DNA of 64,000 bases, from NCBI GenBank assembly GCA_013239625.1, contig MU054308.1, forward strand, positions 15,174-79,173. Direction: 5' to 3'. Positions 51,107 to 62,368 of this stretch are shown here, piece by piece. Position 1 is the stretch's first letter; the number at the start of each line of letters is the position of its first letter. The notes under the pieces were generated by a model that was not told the DNA's origin, made no database searches, and was given only the letters and a program-made list of their open reading frames with translations. The position numbers and the translations under genes are program-made. The stretch is from Lama guanicoe (lineage: Eukaryota).

Positions 51107-52024
51107 ATGGACCAAAGGAGGAATGTGACTGAGTTTGTCCTCTTGGGGCTCACTCGGAGCCCTCAGGGTCAGAAAATATTATTTGTTGTGTTCTTGCTAA
51201 TGTACATTGTGACAATGGTGGGCAACCTACTCATTGTTGTGACTGTGGTGGTCAGTCCAACCCTGGATTCCCCTATGTATTTCTTTCTTGGCTATTTATC
51301 ATATATGGATGTTCTTTATTCTAACACAATCACCCCAAATATGATTATTCACTTACTCAGTAAGAAGAAAACCATTTCATTCCAAGCCTGCATGGCTCAG
51401 CTTTTTATGGAACACTTATTTGGTGGTGCTGAGATTTTACTCCTGGTGATCATGGCTTATGACCGCTATGTGGCCATCTGCAAACCTTTGCATTATTCCA
51501 CAATCATGAATCAGCGAGTGTGTGTTCTGCTGCTGCTGTTGGCCTGTGTTGGTGGGTTTTTACATGCTGTAGTTCAACTTCTCTTTGTTTACAACCTTCC
51601 CTTCTGTGGTCCCAATGTCATTGACCACTTTGGCTGTGACATGTACCCCTTGTTAAAACTTGCCTGCACTGACACCTACATTATTGGCCTCACTGTGGTT
51701 GCCAATAATGGGGCAATGTGTACAGTCATCTTTATGCTGTTACTCATCTCCTATGGGGTCATCCTTCACTCCCTGAAGAATGTTAGTACAGAAGGTAGGC
51801 ACAAAGCCTTATCCACCTGTGGCTCCCACATTACTGTGGTGGTCCTCTTCTTCGTCCCTTGTATCTTTCTGTATGTGAGACCTCCTTCTACCTTACCCAT
51901 TGATAAATCCTTGACTGTGTTTTACACCATTATCACCCCTATGTTGAACCCTCTAATCTATACTCTGAGAAATGGAGAGATGAAACATGCCATGAAAAAG
52001 CTCTGGACCAGAAAAAGTACATGA
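51107..52024 (+). CDS. Intact olfactory receptor, OR4A subfamily (305 aa, 7TM class A GPCR)
   Basis: Uninterrupted ORF with all canonical motifs: N-glycosylation [26 protein letters not shown], [23 protein letters not shown]. Acceptor-like TTTATAG ends at 51062. Confidence 0.97.
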   Translation: MDQRRNVTEFVLLGLTRSPQGQKILFVVFLLMYIVTMVGNLLIVVTVVVSPTLDSPMYFFLGYLSYMDVLYSNTITPNMIIHLLSKKKTISFQACMAQLFMEHLFGGAEILLLVIMAYDRYVAICKPLHYSTIMNQRVCVLLLLLACVGGFLHAVVQLLFVYNLPFCGPNVIDHFGCDMYPLLKLACTDTYIIGLTVVANNGAMCTVIFMLLLISYGVILHSLKNVSTEGRHKALSTCGSHITVVVLFFVPCIFLYVRPPSTLPIDKSLTVFYTIITPMLNPLIYTLRNGEMKHAMKKLWTRKST

Positions 52025-53416
52025 AGCAGCAAAGATATATATATCATCTATTTTCAAAGAATTTTTCTTTCCAGGAAACATATATGTAATTACTGAACTG
52101 CAGTAAACTTCTCCTCAGGTTTAGTAACTAGGACATGATGAAAAACATTTATTTTGTGAATACTTCCAATGATAAAAATATACTCTTAAGATTTGCATGA
52201 TTTTATAGTTCAATACATATGTGTATATGGTTTGAAATACTTTTTTTAAGATTTTCAGTTTCTTAGGAAACTATGTATACATTTGGGTGTAAATGTCTCC
52301 ATTGAGAACATAGATTTATGTACTATATGATATTAAGCTATATTTAATACTATAAATTTATTTTAGTTAGTGGAAGATTTTCTCCTGTTACTCTTAGATA
52401 ATGTAATCTTTCTCATAATTTATAGGACTCATTATGGCTTTCAAAAAAGAATAGCGATACAACATAAAAATTTATTCACTCTCTCTCCCTAAAGACTACT
52501 TATGTTAATATTGAGGTGCGTGTATTATTTTTGAGTCTGCAAGACACTTTGCATGTATTATTTTGCTTATATTTCTTAACAAGTTCATATTGAAGAAACA
52601 TGATGTTTTGGTTGTAATACTACACATAAGGTGGCTATGTTAATAAAAATTATCTGAATGAACAAGGTGTATATGCATAAAAATAAACAAATCTTACTTC
52701 TTTTCCCAATTGTATAATCATATTTTCTCTTCAAGTGGAGCAGAATTCTTTGGATGTATATTTTTATTAAGATCAACATTAATCTTCCCAGATAGTTTAG
52801 AATATCTGGGAACACATCTGCTCTTTTTCAATCTCCCCAACTCCTCTTTTGCTTACAGTATTTCATAGCCTTCTATAGACATGCAGGCTCTGTCTTTCAT
52901 CTGTAAATTTAGTATAAACCATGATCCATGTGCTCCAAACATGAACTACAGAACTTGATACCAGATATTATGGGTGCTATTGTTAAGGAAGATGTTGACT
53001 ATATATACTATCTTATCTCTCTTATTAATGAAATACTGATTACTAGGTAATAAAGAGGCCAGAATATATTGGGTTTTTTGACAGACATATTCATAAAATA
53101 GTCTCTCTCTCTGAATCAGTGTTGAAATAAAATATTATCTGCCTCTAAATGGTCGATAGAATGTGGTCAAGAAAGATTGCTATTCTGCTTCCAATTATTA
53201 GTCTTGATTTATGAGGGGCTAAGTCTTTGGGGCAATGGATGGTTTTTATAAGTAAGTCACAATGTATGAGAAATCTTATATCCTGACTTTTATACTTGTT
53301 AAGTGGAGATTTTTTATATCATCTCAAAGTCTTTTCAACTACTATACTATCCTCCAAAATTTCAAACATTTGAGTTGATCAGATTTTATGTAATTCATTC
53401 TTTCGCATTTAGATGT

Positions 53417-53775
53417 TGCTATGGAGTGAGAATTGTGTCCCTTTCCAAAATCAGAAGTTAAATACTTTATAATGTGGTGATATTTAGAGATGGGACCATT
53501 AGGAATTGATTAGGTCATGAAGATGGAGTCCTCATCATTGAGATAAATTTCCTTTTAAAGAGATCCCAAGAACTCACTTGACCCTTCTGCCATGTGTAGA
53601 CACTGCAAAATGGCCACTGTCTATCAACAGGGAAGGGACCTTACCAGATATGCAATCTGCTGGCACCTGAATCTTCAACCTTTGAATTCCTAAATCTGTG
53701 AAAAATAACTGTTTATTGTTTAAACCACCCAGCCTAAAGTTTTCTTTGTTAGTAACCAAATGGACTAAGTCAGAC
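53417..53775 (+). mobile_element. MaLR solo LTR (MLT1A/MST-like), paralog of 32910-33266
   Basis: TGCTATGGAGTGAGAATTGTGTCCC...ATCTGCTGGCACCTGAATCTTC...TTTAAACCACCCAG...GGACTAAGTCAGACA. Confidence 0.75.
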
Positions 53776-54420
53776 ATTTAGTTAATTTTCAAATGTTTGT
53801 AGTTATTTCAATTGATGAGATAGAAGTCTTTATTAATTGTGTCTGTTCATTGATCTATAATTTCCCTGAACTCAGGTAAATTTTCTTAATTGTCTTTGTG
53901 TTCTCTGTTTATTGAACAATACAGGGGACCCAGAATCTAGTCTATAGACTTTGTCAATTAGTTGAAATCTTGATCTAGTGAAGTGAGTAATTTTTTCAGA
54001 TAAATTTTGATTAACACACTCCACATTAAAGATATATATATATAATATTGCTACAAATATTTACTCTTTGACATTTACTACAAATATTTATAATTATTGT
54101 ATCTTTTATGTTATAATTATGAATGTTCTATATAAAGATAATATTTTAACATTCTTTTACTTTTTGATTTTTTATCACATCATTCTTAGTAAATTTCATA
54201 ACCTAATGATTTTATCAATTTTAATCTTTTTCCAAATATATATAACCTTTGAAAATATTTTATTTTTTAATCCACCTATAATATATTTTTGTTTGTGATA
54301 AGGAAATAACTAAGTTCAAATGGCATAATAGTCTTCCATCATAATTATTCATTTCAGTATCAATTTTAAAGTTTTCAATTTAGTACATCAAGTTTTACAC
54401 TGTCAAGGATACTCATTTTG

Positions 54421-55400
54421 AAGTATGGTTCCTTCTGGATATATGTCCAGGAACAGGATTCCTGGGTTATATGGTAATTCTATTCCTAGTCTTTTTTGGA
54501 ATCTTCATACTGTTTTCTACAGTGGCTGCACCAAACTGAATTTCCACCAGCAGTGTAGGAGGGTTCCCTTTTCTCCACAGCCTCTCCAGCATTTGTCATT
54601 TATGAATTTTGGAATGATGGACATTCTGGTTGGTGTGAGGTGATACCTCATAGTAGTTTTGATTTGCATTTCTCTGATAATTAGTGATATAGAACATTTT
54701 TTTCTTGTGCTTATTGATCATTTGTATGTCTTCCTTGGAGAATTGCTTGTTTAGGTCTTCTGCCCATTTTTGAATTGGGTTGTTTATTTCTTTCTTATAA
54801 GTCATATGAGCTGCTTATATATTCTGGAAATCAAGCCTTCCCAAATGTTCATAGTAGCACTATTTACAATAGCCAAGACATGGAAACAGCCTAAACATCC
54901 ATGAACAGATGACTGGATAAAGAAGATGTGGTATATTTATACAATGGAATACTATTCAGCCATAAAAACTGACAACATAATGCCATTTGCAGCAACATGA
55001 ATGTTCCTGGAGAATGTCATTCTAAGTGAAGTAAGCCAGAAAGAGAAAGAAAAATGCCATATGAGATCACTCATATGTGGAATTAAAAATAATAATAACA
55101 TAAATACTAAACAGAAACAGATTCATAGACATATAATACAAACTTGTGGTTACCAAGGCGGTGGGGCTGGGAAGGAACAGGCTGGGATTTCAAAATCTGT
55201 AGATATTGACAGGCATATATAGAATAGATAAATAAGATTATACTGTATAGCACAGGGAAATATATACAAGATCTTCTGGTGGCTCACAGCAAAAAAAAGT
55301 GACAATGAAATATGACAATGTTCATATATAACTGAAAAATTGTGCTCTACACTGGAATTTGACACAACATTGTAAAATGACTATAACTCAATTAAAAAAA
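54421..55400 (+). mobile_element. 5'-truncated, 5'-inverted L1 (twin-priming structure) with camelid-type 3' UTR
   Basis: Antisense L1 segment (about 54421-54840) joined to a sense segment (about 54841-55400) ending TGTAAAATGACTATAACTCAATT plus polyA. Degenerate TSD TACTCATTTTG (54410-54420) / TACTAATTTTG (55402-55412). Absent at the paralogous site near 33855. Confidence 0.88.
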
Positions 55401-56477
55401 GTACTAATTTTGGGGGACCATTCTCCTCATCTTCTCCCTCTTCTCCAAAATTTTAGGGTCATTTTGTGAAGTTTGAAGACTCCCCATAAAATGTATTTAG
55501 AATGTCATGACACTACATGTTTATTTTAAGAAGTACAATTTACTATCTTGTGTTTCTATCCAGGAGAAAAAAAAACACACATTGTGAATGATAGATTGAT
55601 GTCTCAATAAAAATTTATAATCATCTTCACAGAGTATACATGAATCCTGCTGTATGTTTTTCTTATTTAAAAAGAGGCCCCTCTTATTTACATTTGATTC
55701 ATATTTTCAATGATCTGGTCAGAAAGGTCTTTGTGTCTTTTTCTAGCATGAAATACAGCACAGTACTCAAAGTCTCAGGCATGTGTCTATTTTGAAACAA
55801 TCTTAGGCCTGTATCAACAAATGCACAGGTATGTATTACAACAAAGCTCAGATCTGTATCAAACCTCATGAGAATCTCTATGGCCACTTGTACATAGATT
55901 TTCAATAATATGTAGGTCTTTATACAATTGTGTGTGTGTGTCTAGATGTGAAGACACATAGGTGTGTATATGATGGCACATAGATCAGTATCTGACTACC
56001 TATCTGAAAGCATTTGTTTATGTACATGTATATGTATTTGATGTGCTCACACACAGGCCTGCATCTGTCCACACATAGAGCTATTTTGCCTTTCACTGGT
56101 CTGCATCTGACAGTATATGAATTTAGGCAGAACTTGACTAAACAATTCTTCTGTCCCATGTGGCATGGACTGAGGTCACTCTCTGGCATTCAGCTGATTG
56201 CTGGGCTTGTAAGAAGGGTCAAAAATGATTTCACTTATATGAATGGTTCCTTGGCAGGGATTGCTACAAGACTGGGTTCTTCTGGGTCTTTTTCCTTCTC
56301 CATGTGATATAAGACAATGTACATTGTCTGTACAGTGTGGTTGTCAGACTTGTAAAAGGGCAGCTCAGGGCTCCAAGAGGGAAGAGGAAAAAGCTATCAG
56401 GTATCTTAAGTCTCATCCCATCATAACATCAGATTGAAGTCCGGGATCTCAAGCTCTAAATCCTCACTGCTTCTACA

Positions 56478-57075
56478 CATTGAAGAAAACAATCAACAAG
56501 ATGAAAAAGTAACCTATGGGATGGGAGAAAATATTTGCAAATCATATGTTTCTTAGTAAGTTAATATTTAAAATACATAAAGAACTACAACTAAATAACT
56601 TCAAAAATAAATAATAAAAGTGGGCAAAGAACTTGAATAGATATTTTTTAAACAAATAGGTACTTTTCATACAAATGGCCAATATGGACATGAGAAGTTG
56701 CTCAACATCACTCATCAACAGGGAAATGAAAATCAAAATTAAACTGAGGTATCATCTTACACTCATTAGGATGGCTATATGAGATACATAGCATACAACA
56801 AATTTTGGTGAGGGTATAGTGAAAGTGAAACCCCACTATACTTCTGTGTGAATATAGATTTGTTCAGCAACTATGCAGAACAAAATGGAGCTTTTCAAAA
56901 ACATTAAAATAAAAATAACATATGGTTCAACAGTCTCATGTCTGTAAATTTATCTAACAATATGAAAACAGGAATCTGCCAAGTTATCTCTACTCTCAAG
57001 TTTACTGCAGCATTATTTATAATGAGTAAGACATGGAAACAACCAAAATGTCCACTAATGAATGGATAAAGAAAA
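56478..57075 (+). mobile_element. Old L1 3' ORF2 fragment
   Basis: GAAAACAATCAACAAGATGAAAAAG, GGGAGAAAATATTTGCAAATCATAT, GCTCAACATCACTCATC, GACATGGAAACAACCAAAATGTCC. Confidence 0.8.
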
Positions 57076-57086
57076 CACTATATATA

Positions 57087-57090
<4 letters not shown>

Positions 57091-57127
<37 letters not shown>
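57091..57127. repeat. (TA)n microsatellite
   Basis: Direct reading. Confidence 0.95.
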
Positions 57128-57138
<11 letters not shown>

Positions 57139-57169
57139 TACATTAAAAAGTATATCTTAATTCAAAAAC

Positions 57170-57632
57170 TAGTTTTCTGTTTTGTTTTGTTTTATTTTTC
57201 TGGGTGGAGACATAAGGGAGACACTAATAATGGCTATAGATATTTATGAAATATTTGTAGAAAGGGAGATTTGATAAAGGAATTTTGTGCCTCTTCAGGC
57301 TGAAATTAGATTAAATTCAATAAGGTGATTGGATTATTAAATTAAAAGTAGGCTGGTACAGTTGCTAGATTTGGTTCCTCTCTGTTGAGAGATTAAATTG
57401 ACTTAAATCCTGCTTTTGAATAACAGATTTTGTGAACTTCCTTGCCTCTGAGTGGTCTGCATTTGCTTTTGAAATCTTTTGTCACTTTTATTGAGTGAAT
57501 ACATATTCACAGTGACCTATGATCCTATTTGACTAAGTGTTTTGAAACTTTCAGATGTTGTTGACAAACTTTCTGTCAAAATCTAATTAAAGTTCTTTTG
57601 ACTTTCAGTTACTTTGTGATGCTTCAGAAGGC
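57170..57632 (+). mobile_element. Possible ERV1 internal-region fragment
   Basis: AT-rich text resembling non-coding ERV1 internal sequence (TTTGCTTTTGAAATCTTTTGTCACTTT...CACAGTGACCTATGATCCTATTTGACTAAGTGTTTTGAAAC). Recognised from memory only. Confidence 0.4.
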
Positions 57633-60600
57633 AATTCTGACTGGTGTGAGGTGATACCTTATTGCAGTTTTGATTTGCATTTCTTTGATAAGTAGCGATA
57701 TTGAGCATTTTTCATGTGCCTCTTGGCCATTTGTACTTCTTCACTGGAGAACTGCTTGTTTAGGTCTTCTGCCCATTTTTGAATTTTTTTTTATTAAATG
57801 GTATGAACTATTTACATATTCTGAAAATTAAGCCTTTGACAGTCGCATAATCTGCAAATATTTTCTCTCATTCCATAGGTTGTCATTTTGTTTTGCTCAT
57901 GGTTTCTTTTGCTGTGCAAAAGCTTATAAATGTATAAGTCCCATTTGTTTATTTTTGCTCTTATTTCTATTGTCTGGGTAGACTGGCCTAGGAGAACATT
58001 GCTAAGATTTATGTCAGAGTATGTTTTGCCTATGTTTTCTTTTAGGAAATTTTTCATGTCTTATGTTTAAGTCTTTAAGCCATTTTGATTTTAGTTTTGT
58101 GTATGGTGTGAGGGAGTGTTCTAACTTCATTGATTTACATGCTGCTATCTAGTTTTCCCAACACAACTTGCTAAAGAGACTGTCTTCTCCATTGTATATT
58201 CTTGTCTCCTTTGTCAAAGATTAATTGACCATAGGTCTGTGGGTTTATTTCTGGACTCTCTATTCTGTCCCATTGATCCATAGGTTGGTTTTTCTGCCAA
58301 TATCATGCTGTTTTGATTATTGTGTCTCTGTAGTATTTTCTGGAGTCTGGTAAAGTTATTCCAGCTTCATTCTTTCTCTTCAATATTGCTTTGTCAATTC
58401 TGGGTCTTTCGTGATTCCATATAAATTTTAGGATTGTTTGTTCCAGTTTCGTGAAAAATGCCCTGGGTAATTTGATAGGGATTGCATTAAATCTGTAGAT
58501 TGCCTTGGACAGTATGGCCATTTTAATGATATTGATTTTTCCAATCCAAGAGCATGGGATACCTTTCCATTTTTTTAAGTCAACTTTAATTTCCTTAATC
58601 TATGTTTTGTATTTCTCCTCTTATAAGTCTTTCACCTCCTTGGTCAGATTTATTCCTAAATAAATTGATTGAATACAATTTTAAAAGGAATTGTTTCTTT
58701 ACTTTCTTTTCCTGCTAATTCATTGTTTGTGTGAAGAAATACAATTCATTATTGTATGTTAATCTTGCATCCTGCTGCATTGCCAAATTATTTTATCAGG
58801 TCTCGTAGTTTTTATGTGTAGCCTTTAGAGTTTTCTTTATATAGTATCATATCATCCACATGTAGTGATAATTTTATCTCTTCTCTTCCAATTTGAATTC
58901 CTTTTATTTCTTTCTCTTGCCTGATTGCTGTGACTAGGACTTCCAAGTCTATGTTGAATAGAAGTGCTGAGAGTGGGCATCCTTGTCTTGCTTCAGATTT
59001 TAGTGAGAAGTCTTTCAGTTTTTCACCATTAAGTATGCTGGCTGTAGGTTTGTTATAAATAGCTTTTATTATATTGAAATATGGTCCCTCTATACCCACT
59101 TTGGTAAGCTTTTTTTTAATCATAAATGGATGTTGAATTTTATCAAATGCTTTTTCTACATCTATTGAGATGAGATGATCATGTGTCTTTTGTCCTTTCT
59201 TTTGCAGATATAGTGTATCACATTGATTTGTGTATATGAAAGGATTTTTTTTAAGGAGGATGCATTCTTGTGTACACTGCACACCTAATAATTTTGTAAT
59301 GAGGTTTGTTTTTACTATGGATGGTTGCCATGTCTTTCTTCCATGTGTGTTGGCTGTTATTCCTTTGATTGTAGATGTGGGCAGTGTTGTGGTGACCAGA
59401 ACATTCCCTGCTTATTGAGTGGGGACTCCTTTTTGTTCTGTGGTTCTCATGGCTCTGACAGAGACCAGATCTTTCCCCCTTTTGGTGGAATGGAGGCTTC
59501 CAGACCTGTTTCTGAGCTGTGGTGCATAGCTCGCAGGGTTGGAGTGCTTTAAGTACTCTTTGTTTACACTGCCTTTGTCCCTGCTTTGGCGATGGGAATG
59601 TCAGTGCTCTGCTCTAGTGTCCCCCAGGTTCTCTGCTGTCAGTGCTACAAGTGCAGTTTTGCTGACCTCTGGATGGCACACCTGGATCATGGTGCACTGT
59701 TAGGTCAGCACCATCTCCAGCACCTTACTAGTCTGAGTCCTGCACTGGTAGTGCCCCCAGCCCTCAGTGACTTCATGTTAGTGCTACTGTGTCAGTGCTG
59801 CCCCCAGCACCAAACATCACCCCTACACTCACCCCACTGCACAACCCCTGCTCTCTCATTCCAGCAATCCTCAGGTTGGGCCACTGGGTCAATGCTGTCC
59901 CAATTGCCACATCTGCAGATGTAGGTGGGCTCACAGTAAATGGCCACACCAGCCTTTTCCCCAATGGTGTGCCAGAACTCCACTCTTTGCCCATTTGTCT
60001 TAGAGGCTTGGGTCCACAAAGGCACCTGCAGAGAAAAGGGGTCCCCTCTGCCTGGGGTTGTAAACAAATCTCAGTCCTGTCTATGAAGCTGAGGAGCCCC
60101 TGGGTACAGATTCAAGTTTCAATCCCACCTTAGCCTGGGAGTGGCACACCAGTGAATACAGTGGCCTGGGATGAGCCCTGCCTCTCTTCTCCCAAGAACA
60201 TGCCAGTGATGCTGCTGCAGGTCTGCGGAGACAAAGCTATGACCCAGCTGCATTGCACCCGGCTTCTCCCCAAAATGTACACCAGTAGTGTTACTTGCTT
60301 TTTTTCTTCTTTTGTTTTTAATGGGTGACAAACACTATTCTGTTCTGTATACCCTCCAGGCCACAGCACCTGAGGCTGCCTCTGCACAGGCTGCCTCTGT
60401 GCAGTCAGCCCCACTCCTCTGTCTCAGGCAGCCTGTCCCAGCCCACACCTGCCAGCTGGCATTGAGGGTTGGGGGTCACAGGGACCCTTTGTGCCAGTTT
60501 CACTTAGTTCTGTTGACCAAGGGCTGCTGTGCACAGATTCAAGCCTCAGAGGTTACCCCTGTGTCCCTGCCGACCTCTCCATTGGAGATGGGGAGTCCCT

Positions 60601-60849
60601 GCATAAGAGCGCTTTTTCTCCTTTGCTGATTTCTCCTCATGGGACAGGTTGTGCACTAATTTCTTGGTTCTTCTTTTTTTTATCCTGCCAGACTTGTGAC
60701 AAATTTTGTCTTTTGAAATAGGCGATGTTCTGTCAAAGTTCAGCAGGTGTTCTGAGTAAATGGGTGGGTTCCTGGATGTCTCTCTTGGAGCATTCATGAG
60801 AGAAGGTTAGCTAAGAGCATCCTTCTGCTCTGCTATCTTGTCTACTCCC
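57633..60849 (-). mobile_element. L1 retaining its GC-rich 5' UTR (about 59240-60849) fused to mid/late ORF2 (about 57633-59235); ORF1/EN deleted, 3' end missing
   Basis: The minus-strand start GGGAGTAGACAAGATAGCAGAG resembles the L1 5' end with a YY1-like site. ORF2 peptides include [62 protein letters not shown] and KINKWDL. Confidence 0.88.
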
Positions 60850-60871
60850 TAAGCTAAGCTACTTTTACATT

Positions 60872-61250
60872 TATATCCATTCAATACTATTTATTAAGCA
60901 CCTACTAGGTGACCAGCAATGTTCTACCCTAGCATGAACAAATAAACATAACCCCTGACCTCACAGGGATTACCACCTTGTGGGGAAAACAGAGAAAATG
61001 AAAGCAGCAAATAACTTAGGTTAGTTTGTGATTGTTGATATTCAGGATAAAACCAGATGAAGAGAAAAACTGAGGGGAGCTAGAGGAAGTCATCAGGAAA
61101 GATTCATCTAAGAAGGTGGAATTTCAACTGAAAGTGGAAAAAATGAGATTTGGACAAGCAAGTGAAAACTCTGGAAAAGAGCAGTCCAGCAGTAAGCTGC
61201 ATAAGAAAAACAAAATCTAGAACTGAGAAATGCTTGAATTATTGAAAAAG
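60872..61250 (-). mobile_element. LINE-2 3' end fragment
   Basis: CCATTCAATACTATTTATTAAGCACCTACTAGGTGACCAGCA...CCCTGACCTCACAGGG is typical of an antisense L2 3' end. Confidence 0.65.
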
Positions 61251-61438
61251 CAGGTTAAAAAGGAGAGAGACAGAGACAGATAAATGTACTGGAGATGTGG
61301 GTAGTAACATGATCTTAACCTGACTCACATGATTAAAACCTGTCATTGGCTGCTGTCTCCTCAAAGGATTGGAATAAATTGGGATGGGGAGAGTAACATC
61401 TCATTGTCCTTCAGAAAAGATTGGTTCTAGCATATAAG

Positions 61439-62368
61439 TTAATGACTACACAAGGTTCCTTGCTACATCCACAGTTTTCTTGTGGCATTTTTCACCTCCG
61501 TGTTCCTCAAGGTGTAGATCAAGGGATTTAACATAGGTGCAACAATGGTAAAGGACACAGCCATTGCTTTGTCTATGAGGTAGGTGACCACAGGTCTCAT
61601 GTACAAGAAAATGCATGGCACAAAGAACAAGACAACCACCATGAGGTGGGAATCACAGGTGGAAAGAGCTTTTTGCTATCCTTCAGAGCTGCAGGTCTTT
61701 AGGGAGCAAAGGATGACCACATAGGAGGTGATGAGGATAAGGAAGATGGCCACACACATCACCCCACTGTTGAGGATGACTAAGAGGCCCAGGATGTGGG
61801 TGTCCATGCAGGCCAGTTTCAACAATGGAAACAAATCGCACATAAAGTGGTCTATGACATTGGGGCCACAGAAGGGTATTTGATACATGAAGAGAAGCTG
61901 TATAACTGTTTGGAAAAATCCCCCCAGCCAGGCCCCTCTCAGCAACAGGCAACACACCCAAGGCCTCATGATGGTCATGTAGTGCAGTGGCTTACAGATG
62001 ACCACATAGTGGTCATAGGCCATGACAATGAGAAGGATGATCCCTTCTCCACCAAGGAAATGATCTGCAAAAAGCTGGGTCATGCAACCTTTGAGGGAGA
62101 TGGTAGTACTCTCAGAGAGGGAGTCCACAATCATCTTGGGGGCAATGACAGAAGAGAAGGTAACATCCAAAATGGACAAGGAAGTAAGGAAAAAATACAT
62201 GGGTGATCTCAGACTCTCATCTGTGACCATGGTTACCACAATGAGGAGGTTTCCCAAGACGGTGGACACATACATGATTAGAAATACAGCAGAGAGTATT
62301 TTCCTCAGCTCTGGATTCTTTGTAATGCCCAAAAGGATGAATTCAGTCACGTTGTTGGGATTCTCCAT
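61439..62368 (-). pseudogene. OR4C6: Olfactory receptor pseudogene, OR4C6-like
   Basis: [33 protein letters not shown]...[15 protein letters not shown]...LKTCSSEG* (TAG 61676-61678). The same frame continues [11 protein letters not shown]...[15 protein letters not shown]...[12 protein letters not shown]...LWM* (TAG 61463-61465) to TAA 61439-61441. Total 930 nt with no frameshift. Strong recalled similarity to OR4C6. Confidence 0.93.

Noticed and set aside
57080..57156. Inverted repeat ATATACTTTT...AAAAGTATAT around the (TA)n run
   Set aside because: Low-complexity AT sequence at the end of an L1 fragment, expected by chance around TA repeats.
59230..60797. Dense overlapping ORFs in a GC-rich region suggesting a novel gene or CpG island
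   Set aside because: The region is the L1 5' UTR. High GC content lowers stop frequency and there is no coherent protein.
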